Source: Octopus sinensis
Taxonomy: Eukaryota
Assembly: GCF_006345805.1 (NCBI RefSeq)
Contig: NC_043017.1
Location: 28,892,001-28,956,000 of the forward strand
DNA: 64,000 nucleotides
Direction: 5' to 3'
In this document: positions 26,130 through 37,612 of the stretch, in pieces
How positions within the stretch are numbered: position 1 is the first letter of the stretch
How the letters are laid out: each line of letters begins with the position of its first letter
Program-made: the position numbers and the translations under genes
The notes under the pieces: generated by a model
What the model was told of the DNA's origin: nothing
Databases searched by the model: none
The model's input: the letters and a program-made list of their open reading frames with translations, nothing else

Positions 26130-26325
26130 TCAGGAAAAAGATTTCAAAGAATTCAACTATAGCTAAGTAAATATAACAAAAAAATTAATACAGAATCCTT
26201 GTCCGGTATCGGATCGATCCTAAAATGTAAGTGGTTCGTGCTAGTCAGGAGACGAAACATCCCTGAATGTTTCAACATAATCCATGCAACGGTTCTTGAG
26301 ATATCTTGTGCACGGACAGACATAC
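26130..26325 (-). mobile_element. HINE/Helitron-like body fragment
   Basis: Minus strand GTATGTCTGTCCGTGCACAAGATATCTCAAGAACC...GGATCGATCCGATACCGGACAAGGATTC; pattern typical of HINE bodies. Confidence 0.45.
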
Positions 26326-27039
26326 CTTTTATTGCAATCGCATTATTAAACACGTGGAGAATAAGAAGAAAAAAAAAAGAAAAAGAAAAGAAAAAATACT
26401 ATTTATAGTTTCGCTCTCCTCGTACATGACTCTATTCACAAGTACTGTTTATAGTCGGCCCCTCCTTTGATTTTTCTCAAAGTCAAGGTCACTGTTTCAC
26501 AAGTTCCATCAACACTGTTGCGGCAATTTGAACTCTATTTGACCGACCGTTCTTCATCTCACTTTATGAGCTATTACTACTGCTGCTATCAGAATTTACT
26601 GCAGTTACTACTATCGCTACAATTAGAAACATTCAAGTTGACGATGACACCGAAATGTCTTTCTCCGTGTCTGAATTATACCGGTGGCACCAACGAAAAA
26701 TCCCTTTCTTTCTCTGTGCTGGGAGAAAAGAGAATTTACTATAAAAACAAACCCCCAGCCCTCCCTCCAACGTATAATTTACTTTAAAAAGAAATACTTT
26801 AAGAAGGAAAAACGTGAGAAAAAAAGAAAAATTAATAATATAATTTAATCAATAGACAAAAACATGTGCCTTCTCGCACATAAACACAGTATTCACACAT
26901 ATACAAACATGCGCAGATGCAATTATTGAAGTACTAAATGGCACGTCAAATGATATTTAATCGTGTGGAACATGTTACATGCATATCAATATTCTAAAGT
27001 TTGGACATACTATCCCTTATCCTAAAGCTGCTTCAGACA

Positions 27040-30000
27040 ATTAGGTAGGGTTCCCGACTCGTTGCACCGTCTGCTTTCAATCTTGGATTGTGATTCGGCT
27101 CAGCTCAAACTCTCTCAGATTTTGTCTGCTGTTGCCTACTCCTACAAGGATTGCACCTGTTTTTTGTTCCTGATTTAACGCCGATTTGTCCTAGAGCCCA
27201 TAGAAGATTGTTTTTAGTCAACCATCCATCATGTCAGCTACCTACGCATCGAAACTGAGATCTGCAAGTAGGGCTTCTCATCAAGATGATGGTCCTACCA
27301 ATAGTCAGCTCAACGAGCAGTTGCTGTTGCTCAAACAAGAGGTTGAGCACCTAAAGTCTGTTGTTGCTCTCTTACTGAATAAACAGTCTCCTGTTGACGC
27401 AGAGTCACCCTTGATTTCTTCCCTGGAGACGTCCAAACCGAAGGGAACAAAATCGAAGCGGCCAAAGAAGGCGAAGGAACCGGCGGTCGTTCCTACACAT
27501 GATCGTTCCTGTGCGGATTCTTCCTCATCTGCCTTTTCGGTCCCGGAGATTCCCCAACCTAGTTTGAGGAGCGTAGACTCAAACCCACCTGAAGACCGTT
27601 GTTCTCCCCAAAAGAAGAAACGTAGTGAAAACTCCAGAGGGGCAGATTTGGCTATGAAACCTGATCACGATAAAATCTGTTTGGATTCTCCTTCACTTGT
27701 CCTTCCCATTAATGCCATTGCTCAACCAATTCTGAACGATCTCGATGTGAGTTCATCTGGGCAGTGGTGCTCCCCCAAACCGAAGAAGAGGCAGTGCAGT
27801 TCCAAACCAGGCGGGAAAATTATGACCACTAAATCCATTCCGATCGACCCCACAGGCCGACATAAGTCCGATGGCTATGAAACCACCCTTTCGAAATCCT
27901 CCAATGAAGAATCGAATACCGCAGCTCATAGTAGAGAACTTTTTGCCCACTCGAGATCGGCAATAATATATGGCAAAGCTGAATCCACCTGTGATACAGG
28001 CATAAACCGCCTAAAAGATGACATTAATTTTGTTTCCATTTTGGTTGGAGAATAGTTCTCTGTGAACGAAAATGTCAGTGTTCTTAAGGTCGCTCGGCTA
28101 GGAAGATTCCAAGCGAACCCAACCGCAGATACTAGACCACGCCCAATAAGGGTAATCTTTTCTTCTGATCGGGAGGCTTCAGTCTTTCTGAACAGAGCTC
28201 AGACGCATGCCTGGGAGGACCCCAATATGGGTTTTCGCGAGGAATACTCACTAAGAGAGAGAATTCGCCGGAGGAACCTGATATCCGAGCTAAAGATGAG
28301 GAAACAAATGGGAGAGAAGGGTTTACGAATCCAAGATGGAGAGATAATCAAGTCCTACCTCTGGTCCCATGCTGTAGTGCTGACAGGGAAAGTGATGTGA
28401 GGGCAAATCGAAGTGAAGTTGATACCCCCGTCAACGATGCTATCTCTGATGCCCTTTATTCTGCTTGTTCCCCAACTCCCGCCCCTCAGACTTCACAGCT
28501 CAGCATCGTCTACACCAACTCGTGCTCCTTATTCCCAAAGTTCAGTGAACTATTTACACTGGCCATACGTGACTCCCCTGATGTGATAGCTATCACCGAG
28601 ACTTGGCTGACTCCAGCAGTAAAGGACTCAGAAATCCACCTGCAGGGCTACGTCCTTTTCAGATGTGACAGAGGAAAAAGGCGAGGTGGAGGTGTTGCTG
28701 TGTATGTTAAGTCTGAGCACAAACCGTCCTGCCGTATTCTACCCACAAATGCTCAACCTACAACCAAATTCGATGCCGTCTATTGCAAGCTGAGCCTATC
28801 TGAGTTTTGCCTGCCCGTGTTGGCTGTCTACAGGCCGCCTCTAGCCGACCCCCAGGACGATGCTCATCTACTCGAAGCGATAAGATTCGTTTCAGCTTCG
28901 CATGACTGCTTGCTACTAGGCGACTTCAACGTTCCCACGATCGGTTGGCCCGCATCAATTTGTACAACATCTTCCCGGTTCGGCCAGGCCCTTCTTGACG
29001 TGGCTGAAGATTGTTTTCTATCGCAACATGTTGAATATCCGACAAGGCATCGGTCTGGGCAGCAGCCATCTATGCTAGATCTGGTATTCTCCCGCTATCC
29101 AAGATCAGTGTCAGACGTATCTGTGTACGCCCCTCTTGCCAAGAGTGATCATGCGGTCCTGAAGTTCGTCATGCACACAACTTTTTCCACGCCCACGATT
29201 ACTTCGCTGCCACGTAGAGTCTTCTCTGCAATTAATCTTGAAATTCTAACCGAGGCTTCCGCGCTTCTGGACTGGCGATCCCTGATGACGTTGTCCTCAG
29301 TTGACGAACTATGGTCATCCCTCAAAGCATATGTAATCTGTTTGACTGACCAGGCAGTTCCCGTTGGGCTTCCCAAGAGGAAGAAACACAAGCCCTGGGT
29401 GACGAAGAAGGTTAAACGAGAACGTCGACTCAGAGATATTGCTTGGGCTGAATTCAAAAATCTGGATTCGACTGCAGCTTTTGAGGTGTACAAAACTCAA
29501 CGAGACCGAGCCGTGAAAATTAAAAAGAAAATCGCGGCAAATGCCAGTAGCAATCCAAAAACCTTCTTTGCCCATGTCCAGCGGAATTCCCGCTTGAACA
29601 ACCAGATTGCAACGTTGGTAGACTCAACAGGCGTATCGATTGAGGACCCTTATCAACAGAGTCAATTATTTGCCGAGGCTTTTTCAACTATTTTCAAACA
29701 AGATGATGGTCGTGAACCCCCTCCATTTGATAGATCGGTACCTCCAATGCTTCGATTGATCATCACGCTGGACGAAGTCAAACGTGTTATTCAAGGCCTC
29801 GATGTCAACAAGGGTCACGTCCCTGACGGCATACACCCACGGGTTATCAAAGCGTTGGCTCCGGTCATCTGCGAGCCCTTAACACGACTATTCAATATGT
29901 CATTGGCGACGGGTGTTATACCTGCAGACTGGAGAACAGCGATAATCTGCCCAATTTTCAAGAAAGGGAGCCGCGAAGACCCGCTTAACTACCGACCGGT

Positions 30001-30340
30001 TTCCCTTACATCAATAATCAGCAAGATGTTCGAAACCATCCTTAAGAAAAGTATGATGCTCCACCTCCTAAACACAGCCTCGATCACTGATTCCCAACAC
30101 GGCTTCGTGCCGAAGAGATCATGCTTGACCAACTTACTAGTAATGGAAGAATTGGTGACGCGCATCCTCGATGATAGTGATGCTGTTGACATCGTTTTAT
30201 TGGACTTTGCCAAAGCTTTTGACTCGGTAAACCACCGCCTACTACTTGTCAAGCTTCAAGTATATAGTTTCCATCCGGATATTGTACGATGGGTTGGTGC
30301 CTTCCTCTCAGATCGCTCCTTCCAAGTTCAAGTTAATGGC
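27040..30340 (+). mobile_element. CR1-like LINE 5' part (5' UTR, ORF1, ORF2 to mid-RT)
   Basis: GC-richer block with two long ORFs; 5' boundary approximate. Confidence 0.9.
27231..28400 (+). pseudogene. LINE ORF1 (about 389 codons) with one in-frame TAG at 28053-28055
   Basis: ORFs 27231-28055 and 28062-28400 share a frame; C-terminal RPRPIRVIF...ERIRRRNLISELKMRKQMGEKGLRIQDGEII typical of CR1/L2/Jockey-type ORF1. Confidence 0.8.
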
Positions 30341-30541
30341 ATTACAACCAGCCAGGAACAGTCTTCGCTACATTTGCGGTACCTGCCAGAGGGAGTGTTT
30401 GTCCAGGATAGGACCACACAGCCACAGCAGGAAATGTATCAGGACATGAAATGTAAAAGCCGGACTAGACTACTTCATGCGCAACTCCATTGTCTCTCGA
30501 GACAGAAAGGATGCCAATACAATACAATACAGTCGCCGTAA
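28397..30541 (+). CDS. LINE ORF2, APE endonuclease plus N-terminal RT, fused to out-of-frame RTE sequence after 30340
   Basis: YTNSCSL, ITETWL, RGGGVAVYV, LGDFNVP, LDLVF, SDH; NYRPVSLTS, QHGF, DFAKAFDSVNH; ends FQVQVNG at the breakpoint. Confidence 0.9.
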   Translation: MRANRSEVDTPVNDAISDALYSACSPTPAPQTSQLSIVYTNSCSLFPKFSELFTLAIRDSPDVIAITETWLTPAVKDSEIHLQGYVLFRCDRGKRRGGGVAVYVKSEHKPSCRILPTNAQPTTKFDAVYCKLSLSEFCLPVLAVYRPPLADPQDDAHLLEAIRFVSASHDCLLLGDFNVPTIGWPASICTTSSRFGQALLDVAEDCFLSQHVEYPTRHRSGQQPSMLDLVFSRYPRSVSDVSVYAPLAKSDHAVLKFVMHTTFSTPTITSLPRRVFSAINLEILTEASALLDWRSLMTLSSVDELWSSLKAYVICLTDQAVPVGLPKRKKHKPWVTKKVKRERRLRDIAWAEFKNLDSTAAFEVYKTQRDRAVKIKKKIAANASSNPKTFFAHVQRNSRLNNQIATLVDSTGVSIEDPYQQSQLFAEAFSTIFKQDDGREPPPFDRSVPPMLRLIITLDEVKRVIQGLDVNKGHVPDGIHPRVIKALAPVICEPLTRLFNMSLATGVIPADWRTAIICPIFKKGSREDPLNYRPVSLTSIISKMFETILKKSMMLHLLNTASITDSQHGFVPKRSCLTNLLVMEELVTRILDDSDAVDIVLLDFAKAFDSVNHRLLLVKLQVYSFHPDIVRWVGAFLSDRSFQVQVNGITTSQEQSSLHLRYLPEGVFVQDRTTQPQQEMYQDMKCKSRTRLLHAQLHCLSRQKGCQYNTIQSP

Positions 30542-30559
30542 AAACATAAAAAATGAAGG
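30336..30559. repeat. Right copy of 224-bp inverted duplication (RTE 3' end, tail and ~28 bp of flank)
   Basis: Identical peptide MALQPARNSLRYICGTCQRECLSRIGPHSHSRKCIRT in both ORF-track entries. Confidence 0.95.
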
Positions 30560-30649
30560 GAGCATGCTTGAAATCCAGAGTTTAGTATTGTTTGTTAGGG
30601 CCTCTATTTTCATCTATAGTTGCTTATATCCTTAGACGCGTTTTTAATT

Positions 30650-31150
30650 AAACATATGTTCAGCAGTGATTTCATTTCAAATGTAGAAGTTCTCAATCGA
30701 GGGCTCTACCTAATCTTCGAAAACTCTGGAAAATTGTTGTAGGAAGCATTGTCTTGTTATTAAACACGATGGTCACTCATTGAAATGTAAGCTTTGGTAA
30801 GTTAAAGCATCGGCTATAAGCGATTCTCCGTGATTGAGAAGTTTAAACCTTGAAGCGATCACGATTATTCTAATTTCTTCCTGTTCGTGATTTTTGTTCT
30901 GTTGTGCAATAATATTTTGCATGTGAGGTGATAGGCTTTAAGCTGTTCAAAGAGACTTGACTGTTATAATTCAAAAGAGCATATTACTGAGGTCTGCTTT
31001 CAGGGAATCTATGTAGAGTTGGTAGGAAGTGTCTGACCTGGAAAGCAAATGTATGTAAAGAATGAAGAACGGTAACATCTAAAGATAAGTGGATGTTGTT
31101 AGAAATGCTATCCAATAGATAAAGATTTTCGTAAAAGAACAGCTTAGCGG
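30650..31150 (-). mobile_element. Possible very decayed Tc1-like transposase remnant
   Basis: Only scattered motifs on the minus strand (QDNASY, SIENF). Confidence 0.25.
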
Positions 31151-31415
31151 CACACTGCGTATCATAGGGATCTCAGTCAGTTCAAGCTGATCCAGTATTA
31201 TTTGGAATGAATCCATTAATTCAGAGAAAGTTTCAGTTATTTACAACACGGCAATAGGTGTTCAAATTATATTTGGATGACTAATCGCAATGGTTCATCG
31301 GTTGAACATGCATGAGTAAATTCTGAATGAAAGTATAGCCCACAATTTAATCAATAACGTATTCTCCATAATTTCACTACGTCCCACCGTACTATGTTAT
31401 TATTATATATGGGTG

Positions 31416-31796
31416 TGGAGGTGCAATGGCCCAGTGGTTAGGGCAGCGGACTCGCGGTCATAGGATCGCGGTTTCGATTCCCAGACCGGGCGTTGTGAGC
31501 GTTTTATTGAGCGAAAACACCTAAAAGCTCCACGAGGCTCCGGCAGGGGAGGGTGGTGATCCCTGCTGTACTCTTTCACCACAACTTTCTCTCACTCTTA
31601 CTTCCTGTTTCTGTTGTACCTGTATTTCAAAGGGCCGGCCTTGTCACTCTCTGTGCCACGCTGAATATCCCCGAGAACTACGTTAAGGGTGCACGTGTCT
31701 GTGGAGTGCTCCGTCACTTACACGTTAATTTCTCGAGCAGGCTGTTCCGTTGATTCGGATCAACCGGAACCCTCATCGTCGTAACCGACGGAGTGC
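31416..31796 (+). mobile_element. Family A SINE
   Basis: Near-identical to 120-494. Confidence 0.9.
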
Positions 31797-32663
31797 TAAA
31801 GGAAGGATTTATGGGTATACTTTTCTACGAGATGAGCTTGACATTTTGTGTGCTATACTTCGATCATAAGAAATATTTTTTTTTTAATAATTTGTTCCAT
31901 TCATTTCTTCGGGATATCTCGACTGCAAGCCTCGCGTACTATTTAAACACACATTCGCGTGCACACACACACGCACGAGCGCGCACACAGGCGCGGATGC
32001 ACACACACATCGTGATGAGGATGCGGGTGTTGCTGCTGTTGTTGTTGTTGTTGTTGGTGTTAAGCAACAAGACAGGTAAAGGTGATTAGGTGATGATCTA
32101 TTGCTTAGGAGCGGGAGACAGCGGACCTTGGAAAAAATACTTTGGTCGTCTTGTTGTTGTCGAGGGCCCTTCGTTGACGCCCGACACCATTGGGAGGTGG
32201 CCCTCGAAGTCACTGGAAATGGAGATCTCCAGGTCCAAATACTTGGACGGCTGCTGCTGCAGGTGATGATGATGATGATGATGACGACGACAACGGCGGC
32301 GGTGAAATGTGTGTTACAACAAAAAATGGGTTACACCAAAGAATGGGTTACGTCATTCATTAGAATAGAAACGAAAACCTAAAAACATAGAATCTGTTAA
32401 TATATCACTGATTTGTATCACATCTCACTTTACAATGTAGAAGGTCTTTATTCACATGGGTCTCAATATTCTGTCAACTGATGATCTGCTTATAAAGCAA
32501 GCAAAGATTTGTGTTCTCAGTTTAACCCCTTATATGAAAATCTGTACAGTCCTTACAAAGATAGTTTTGTATGTGTGGTAATAAAACATTAAGAACATTA
32601 TATATATTATAACATTAAGAACATTATATATATTATAACATTATATATATATATATTATATTG

Positions 32664-32950
32664 TGGAGGCGCAATGGCCCAGTGGTTAGGGCAGCGGACT
32701 CGCGGTCGCAGGTTCGCAGTTTCGATTCCCAGACCGGGCGTTGTGAGTGTTTATTGAGCGAAAACACCTAAAAGCTCCGGCAGGGGTTGGTGATCCCTGC
32801 TGTACACTCTTTCACCACTCTTTCTCCAAATCTTTCTTCTGTTGGCCTGCTCGCTTAGCCAGCGGGGTGGCGTCATTCGAAGGCTAAAACAATGTGACCA
32901 GCGATGTGAAACAACATCTGATGGTCTGGTCAGTCATGTGATCACGTGAT
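32664..32950 (+). mobile_element. SINE with family A head and a third tail type
   Basis: A head, then GGCCTGCTCGCTTAGCCAGCGGGGTGGCGTCATT; tail recurs at 50641-50735. Confidence 0.8.
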
Positions 32951-33516
32951 ATATTATATTATAACTGTTATGGATGAGGGCCCTATTACAATTCCTGGCG
33001 TCCTCTCATCCAACATGGATATAAGAATTGTATTTCACTGCACCAAGGTGGCAAATACTCAAACAAACCTACCAGTTATGAGGATATATACAACATCAAA
33101 GAGCATCTAAGGAAGGAGTACAAAGACTAAATGTGTTTCAAAAAGAACATGTTGCTGTACAATATCTATTTGGAATCCAGGACTACTGTATTGGAGCTAC
33201 ACAGCTAAGAATTAAGCAAGAGGAAGATAAGCCGTGGAAGAGAATAAACCCCGGCGAAGTAGACAGAGAGTTTTCAAAAGAGGAAAAGATAACAAATGAA
33301 ATCTTGTCAAAATTGAAAAAGAAGCAGTATAAAAGATATATAAGATATATAGCATAAAAGATGTGTGTGTGGGCGTGTGAGTGAGTGTGTGTGGGTGCGG
33401 GTACGCTTATATGCTTATATATATATATATGTATATATATATATAATGTATGTATGTATATATGTATGCATATGTCTGTGTTTGTGTGTGTATGTGTACA
33501 TGCATACATACTTACT

Positions 33517-33565
<49 letters not shown>

Positions 33566-34380
33566 TATATATCATGTTTTATGTTATAATGTACTATAGT
33601 ATATAAATAGAGATTTAATGATTTGCGTCATTACTGAAATACTATTTGAAGATATAAATCGTGACGAATGAAAAACTACGCTAAGCGAAACGCGAAAGTA
33701 ATGTAAACTATATGAACTTTCTATTCTATAATTTGATTACAATTCACAAAAGATTTTCATTAATATTAAGCTATCAAAGTATTATAATTCTTCTGAAATT
33801 TTAACATTAATTACTATATGCGTTAGTAATTTTTTGACTTGTATGATAATCATAAAATTTCTATCTTCAAACACATCCATTAAGCATAATTTTAATTTGA
33901 AAATGCCAATATACTACATAATATGTTTGAATATTGTAAAAGTTCTAAAGAATAAAATGCATATCTATCGTATCTAATCTGTTAGAAAATTGAATGAATT
34001 TGCCAAATTACATATTTAACTACATTCATAAGAATCTGACATGCATATCGTAGATTGCAGATAACTTGTTTTAATATCGTCAGCAAATATTTAACGAGAT
34101 GCAATATCTGCGAACAGATATATGTAATATATATTACTGACACATCACGGTTGATTGTTTTCCGCTATAATTTATGAGCCAAACGTAAAATAACAAAATT
34201 GTTGACGATTCCCCGGTTATCAAATTTTAAATTTAAAACTATTTGATAAATCATGAAACCAGAAATTAGCGAAATGAAATGCATGCAAATAAAACACATT
34301 CTACACTATAGACAGAAATACGTAATCCGATAAGCTAATACACACACACACACATACACACGTATATATGTCTATAGATG

Positions 34381-34469
<89 letters not shown>

Positions 34470-34670
34470 TACATATGAGTGTGTGTATGCTAGATGGGTC
34501 TAAACAATTGTGGAGATTAATAGAACTTATCGTATCTTCCATCTTCCGTCTTTTATTAACCAAATACACACACACACACCTATATATATGCATTTATATA
34601 TGTAAATTATATATACATGTATATATATATATATTATATATCTGTCTTTCTATTTATCTATATACACACA

Positions 34671-34737
<67 letters not shown>

Positions 34738-35056
34738 AAATAGTGTTACAGATAGAAACACCCACAACTTCATCCACTCCAAACGATATTAACTCAACCA
34801 AACCATAAAATATTAAATAATATACTTACTATTTATATTTATAATTGCAAAATTTTCCATATTGCGGACTACACGCGTTTTATGAGGATACGTGTAGAAT
34901 TGTTAAGACACAAAATCTCATTCAAAAGCTCATAATGTTTACGCGCTTCCAATCGTCAGGTCTACTTTCCGCACATTTATAAATATTACTACTCTTTATA
35001 AATCACACAGTTATAATATATTATAACACAACCACACACCCAACCACACCCACACC

Positions 35057-35116
<60 letters not shown>

Positions 35117-35799
35117 CATAACACGGGATTCACTGAGTTCCAGCTACAACACCAAATCAGAACGAGTTGTTCGGCACCAGGCTATGGTAGAAAATCATTG
35201 TCCAGGTAACGCCTAGGACATTTACCCGCCATGAATTACAACTCCCCTAGGAAATTTACCTGTTGGGACACTTAACCTTAGACATTTAACCCCCCACCCC
35301 GCATTTTCTCTGTTTAAGCCGTTATTTTTTCCCTGGGAAATTTAGTGTGCATCTTAGAGACAGGTGCCCACAATGTGTGTGTTTTTTTATAAGTTCCAGG
35401 AGGAAAATAATTTGTGTATGGAGATCGGATGGTTCCACTGATATTCTCAGAGGAATTCTCGGTCGGTAAACAACGTAAATGTATACTGCTACAGTACTTC
35501 AGTGCCCGGAAGAAAACAAAGCAGATTTGTTTTGTTTTACCATCATGTTTTGATAATGATATTTTCAATCTAATAAACACTTTAACATTGACGAAATGCG
35601 CCTGTTGTTGATTATTTCTGAAATGAAATATTTAGTTGTTTCAGCCACTGTCAATGCCACAGTTATCAATTATGCAAATGTAAATGTTATACAATATTTG
35701 CGAGGAATTGCGTATAATATGCACTTTTAGATGATGATCTAAAACTTCTTAATATATCGGATAGGGGGTATTTAACCAACGGAGAGAAAGTGTTCCGGA

Positions 35800-36040
35800 G
35801 GATATATGTGTGTGTGTGTTTATGTGTGTGTGTCTTTATTTCTGCGTTTATCCCCTCACGCATACCATCGCTTGACAACAGACGTTGGTGTCTTTTACAT
35901 TCCCGTAACCTAGCGGTTTGAGAATAGAAAGCTATAGAATAAGTTCAAACCTGAGAGGAAATAAGTCTTGCGTTCGATTTGTTCGACGAAAATGCTCCAA
36001 ACAGGTGCCTAAGTGTGGACGCGGTAAAATAAAAAAGATA
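35800..36040 (+). mobile_element. Old family D 3' half
   Basis: CATCGCTTGACAAC...TAGCGGTT...ATAGAATAAG. Confidence 0.6.
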
Positions 36041-36059
36041 AAAGGTTATATATGTGTGC

Positions 36060-36122
<63 letters not shown>

Positions 36123-36195
36123 TGTGTGTGTATGTGTGTGTATGTACGAAGTGAGAGCGAGAGAGAGACAGAGAAACAAGTATAGTTATAGATAT

Positions 36196-36428
36196 AAGGC
36201 AGCGAGCTGGCAGAAACGTTAGCACGCCGGGCGAAGTGCGTAACCGTACTTCGTCTGCCGCAAAGTTCTGAGTTCAAATTCCGCCGAGGTTGACATTGCC
36301 TTTCATCCTTTCGGGGTCGATAAATTAAGTACCAGTTATGCACTGGAGTCGATGTAATCGACTTAATCCGTTTGCCTGTCCTTGTTTGTCCTCTCTGTGT
36401 TTAGCCCCTTGTGGCTAGTAAAGAAATA
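36196..36428 (+). mobile_element. Family B SINE, single unit
   Basis: Close match to the other B copies. Confidence 0.9.
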
Positions 36429-37128
36429 GATATATAAATATTGGTGTGTGTGTGTGTCTGTATATGTTAGAATATATGACTGTGAATGATTATTTCTGTC
36501 TCTGCGTGTTTCTATATATATGTGTGTACGATTTTTCCTTGAGTTGAATTCAGATTCTTTATGAAAGTGTTTATAAATATGTGCTTGAGTTGGTATGTTG
36601 GTTGAACTCTTGATGCATACACCCAAGCATTGTGCATGTATACATCACAGAAGCCTTTCACATTAGGAGTGTTTATAATACCTTTAAAAGTTTCAGTGCC
36701 TCCAATAGATTGGACATGGAGAATCCGCGTCACGTTCGTTTGCTGTTCTTTTTCCGCGAAGCCAAATATTTCTAGGTTTTTGTGACATAAACTTGTGATC
36801 CTATGATTATAGGTCAAATAACAATTCGTAGTCAGGGTACAAGAGCAGTTAGTTCCGCAGTAATTCGTCATAAATGTTCCCTGTTTTGTGGACATTCGGT
36901 TGTACATTCATATTTAGGGGGTAGCTGACTTCTACAACAAGGAATGACATTTGTTCCCTGTTCTACAGAACACTATCAGATCTGTTATGTATGTATGTAC
37001 GCATATATCTATGCATTTATGTATGTATGTACGCATCTATGTACGTACGTACGTACGTATGTATGTACGTATGTACGTACGTATGTATGTACGTATGTAC
37101 GTATGTATGGATGCACCTATGTATGTAT

Positions 37129-37436
37129 GTCTATCCTTGTTTGTCCTCTCTGTGTTTAGCCCCTTGGGTGTAGTAAAGAAATGTATATACACACATACAT
37201 ACGTAGGAACGTACATACATACATATGTACGTACATACATATGTATGTACGTACATATGTATGTATGTACGTACATGTGTATGTATGTACGTTCCTACGT
37301 ATGTATGTGTGTATATACATATGTATGTATGTACGTACATATATATGTATGTACGGTTCTACGTATGTATGTGTGTATATACATTTCTTTACTACACACA
37401 AGGGGCTAAACACAGAGAGGACAAACAAGGATAGAC
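37129..37436. repeat. ~90-bp foldback inverted repeat of SINE tail plus flank
   Basis: 37129-37218 versus about 37347-37436, about 3 mismatches. Confidence 0.8.
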
Positions 37437-37612
37437 AAACGGATTAAGTCGATTACATCGACCCCAGTGCGTAACTGGTACTTATTTAATCGACCCCGAA
37501 AGGATGAAAGGCAAAGTCTACCTCGGCGGAATTTGAACTCAGAACGTAGCGGCAGACGAAATACTGCTAAGCATTTCGCCCGGCGTGCTAACGGTTCTGC
37601 CAACTCGCCGCC
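37383..37612 (-). mobile_element. Family B SINE
   Basis: Close match to the other B copies. Confidence 0.9.

Noticed and set aside
21515-30559. Twin-priming 5' inversion as the cause of the split CR1
   Set aside because: Twin priming leaves the two parts adjacent; here 4.5 kb of older genomic repeats lie between them and an unrelated RTE end is duplicated.
33133-33357. 74-aa K/E-rich ORF
   Set aside because: No recognisable domain or splice signals; runs into a microsatellite.
33660-33700. GTGACGA...CGAAACGCG hammerhead-like words
   Set aside because: No helix II or helix I pairing.
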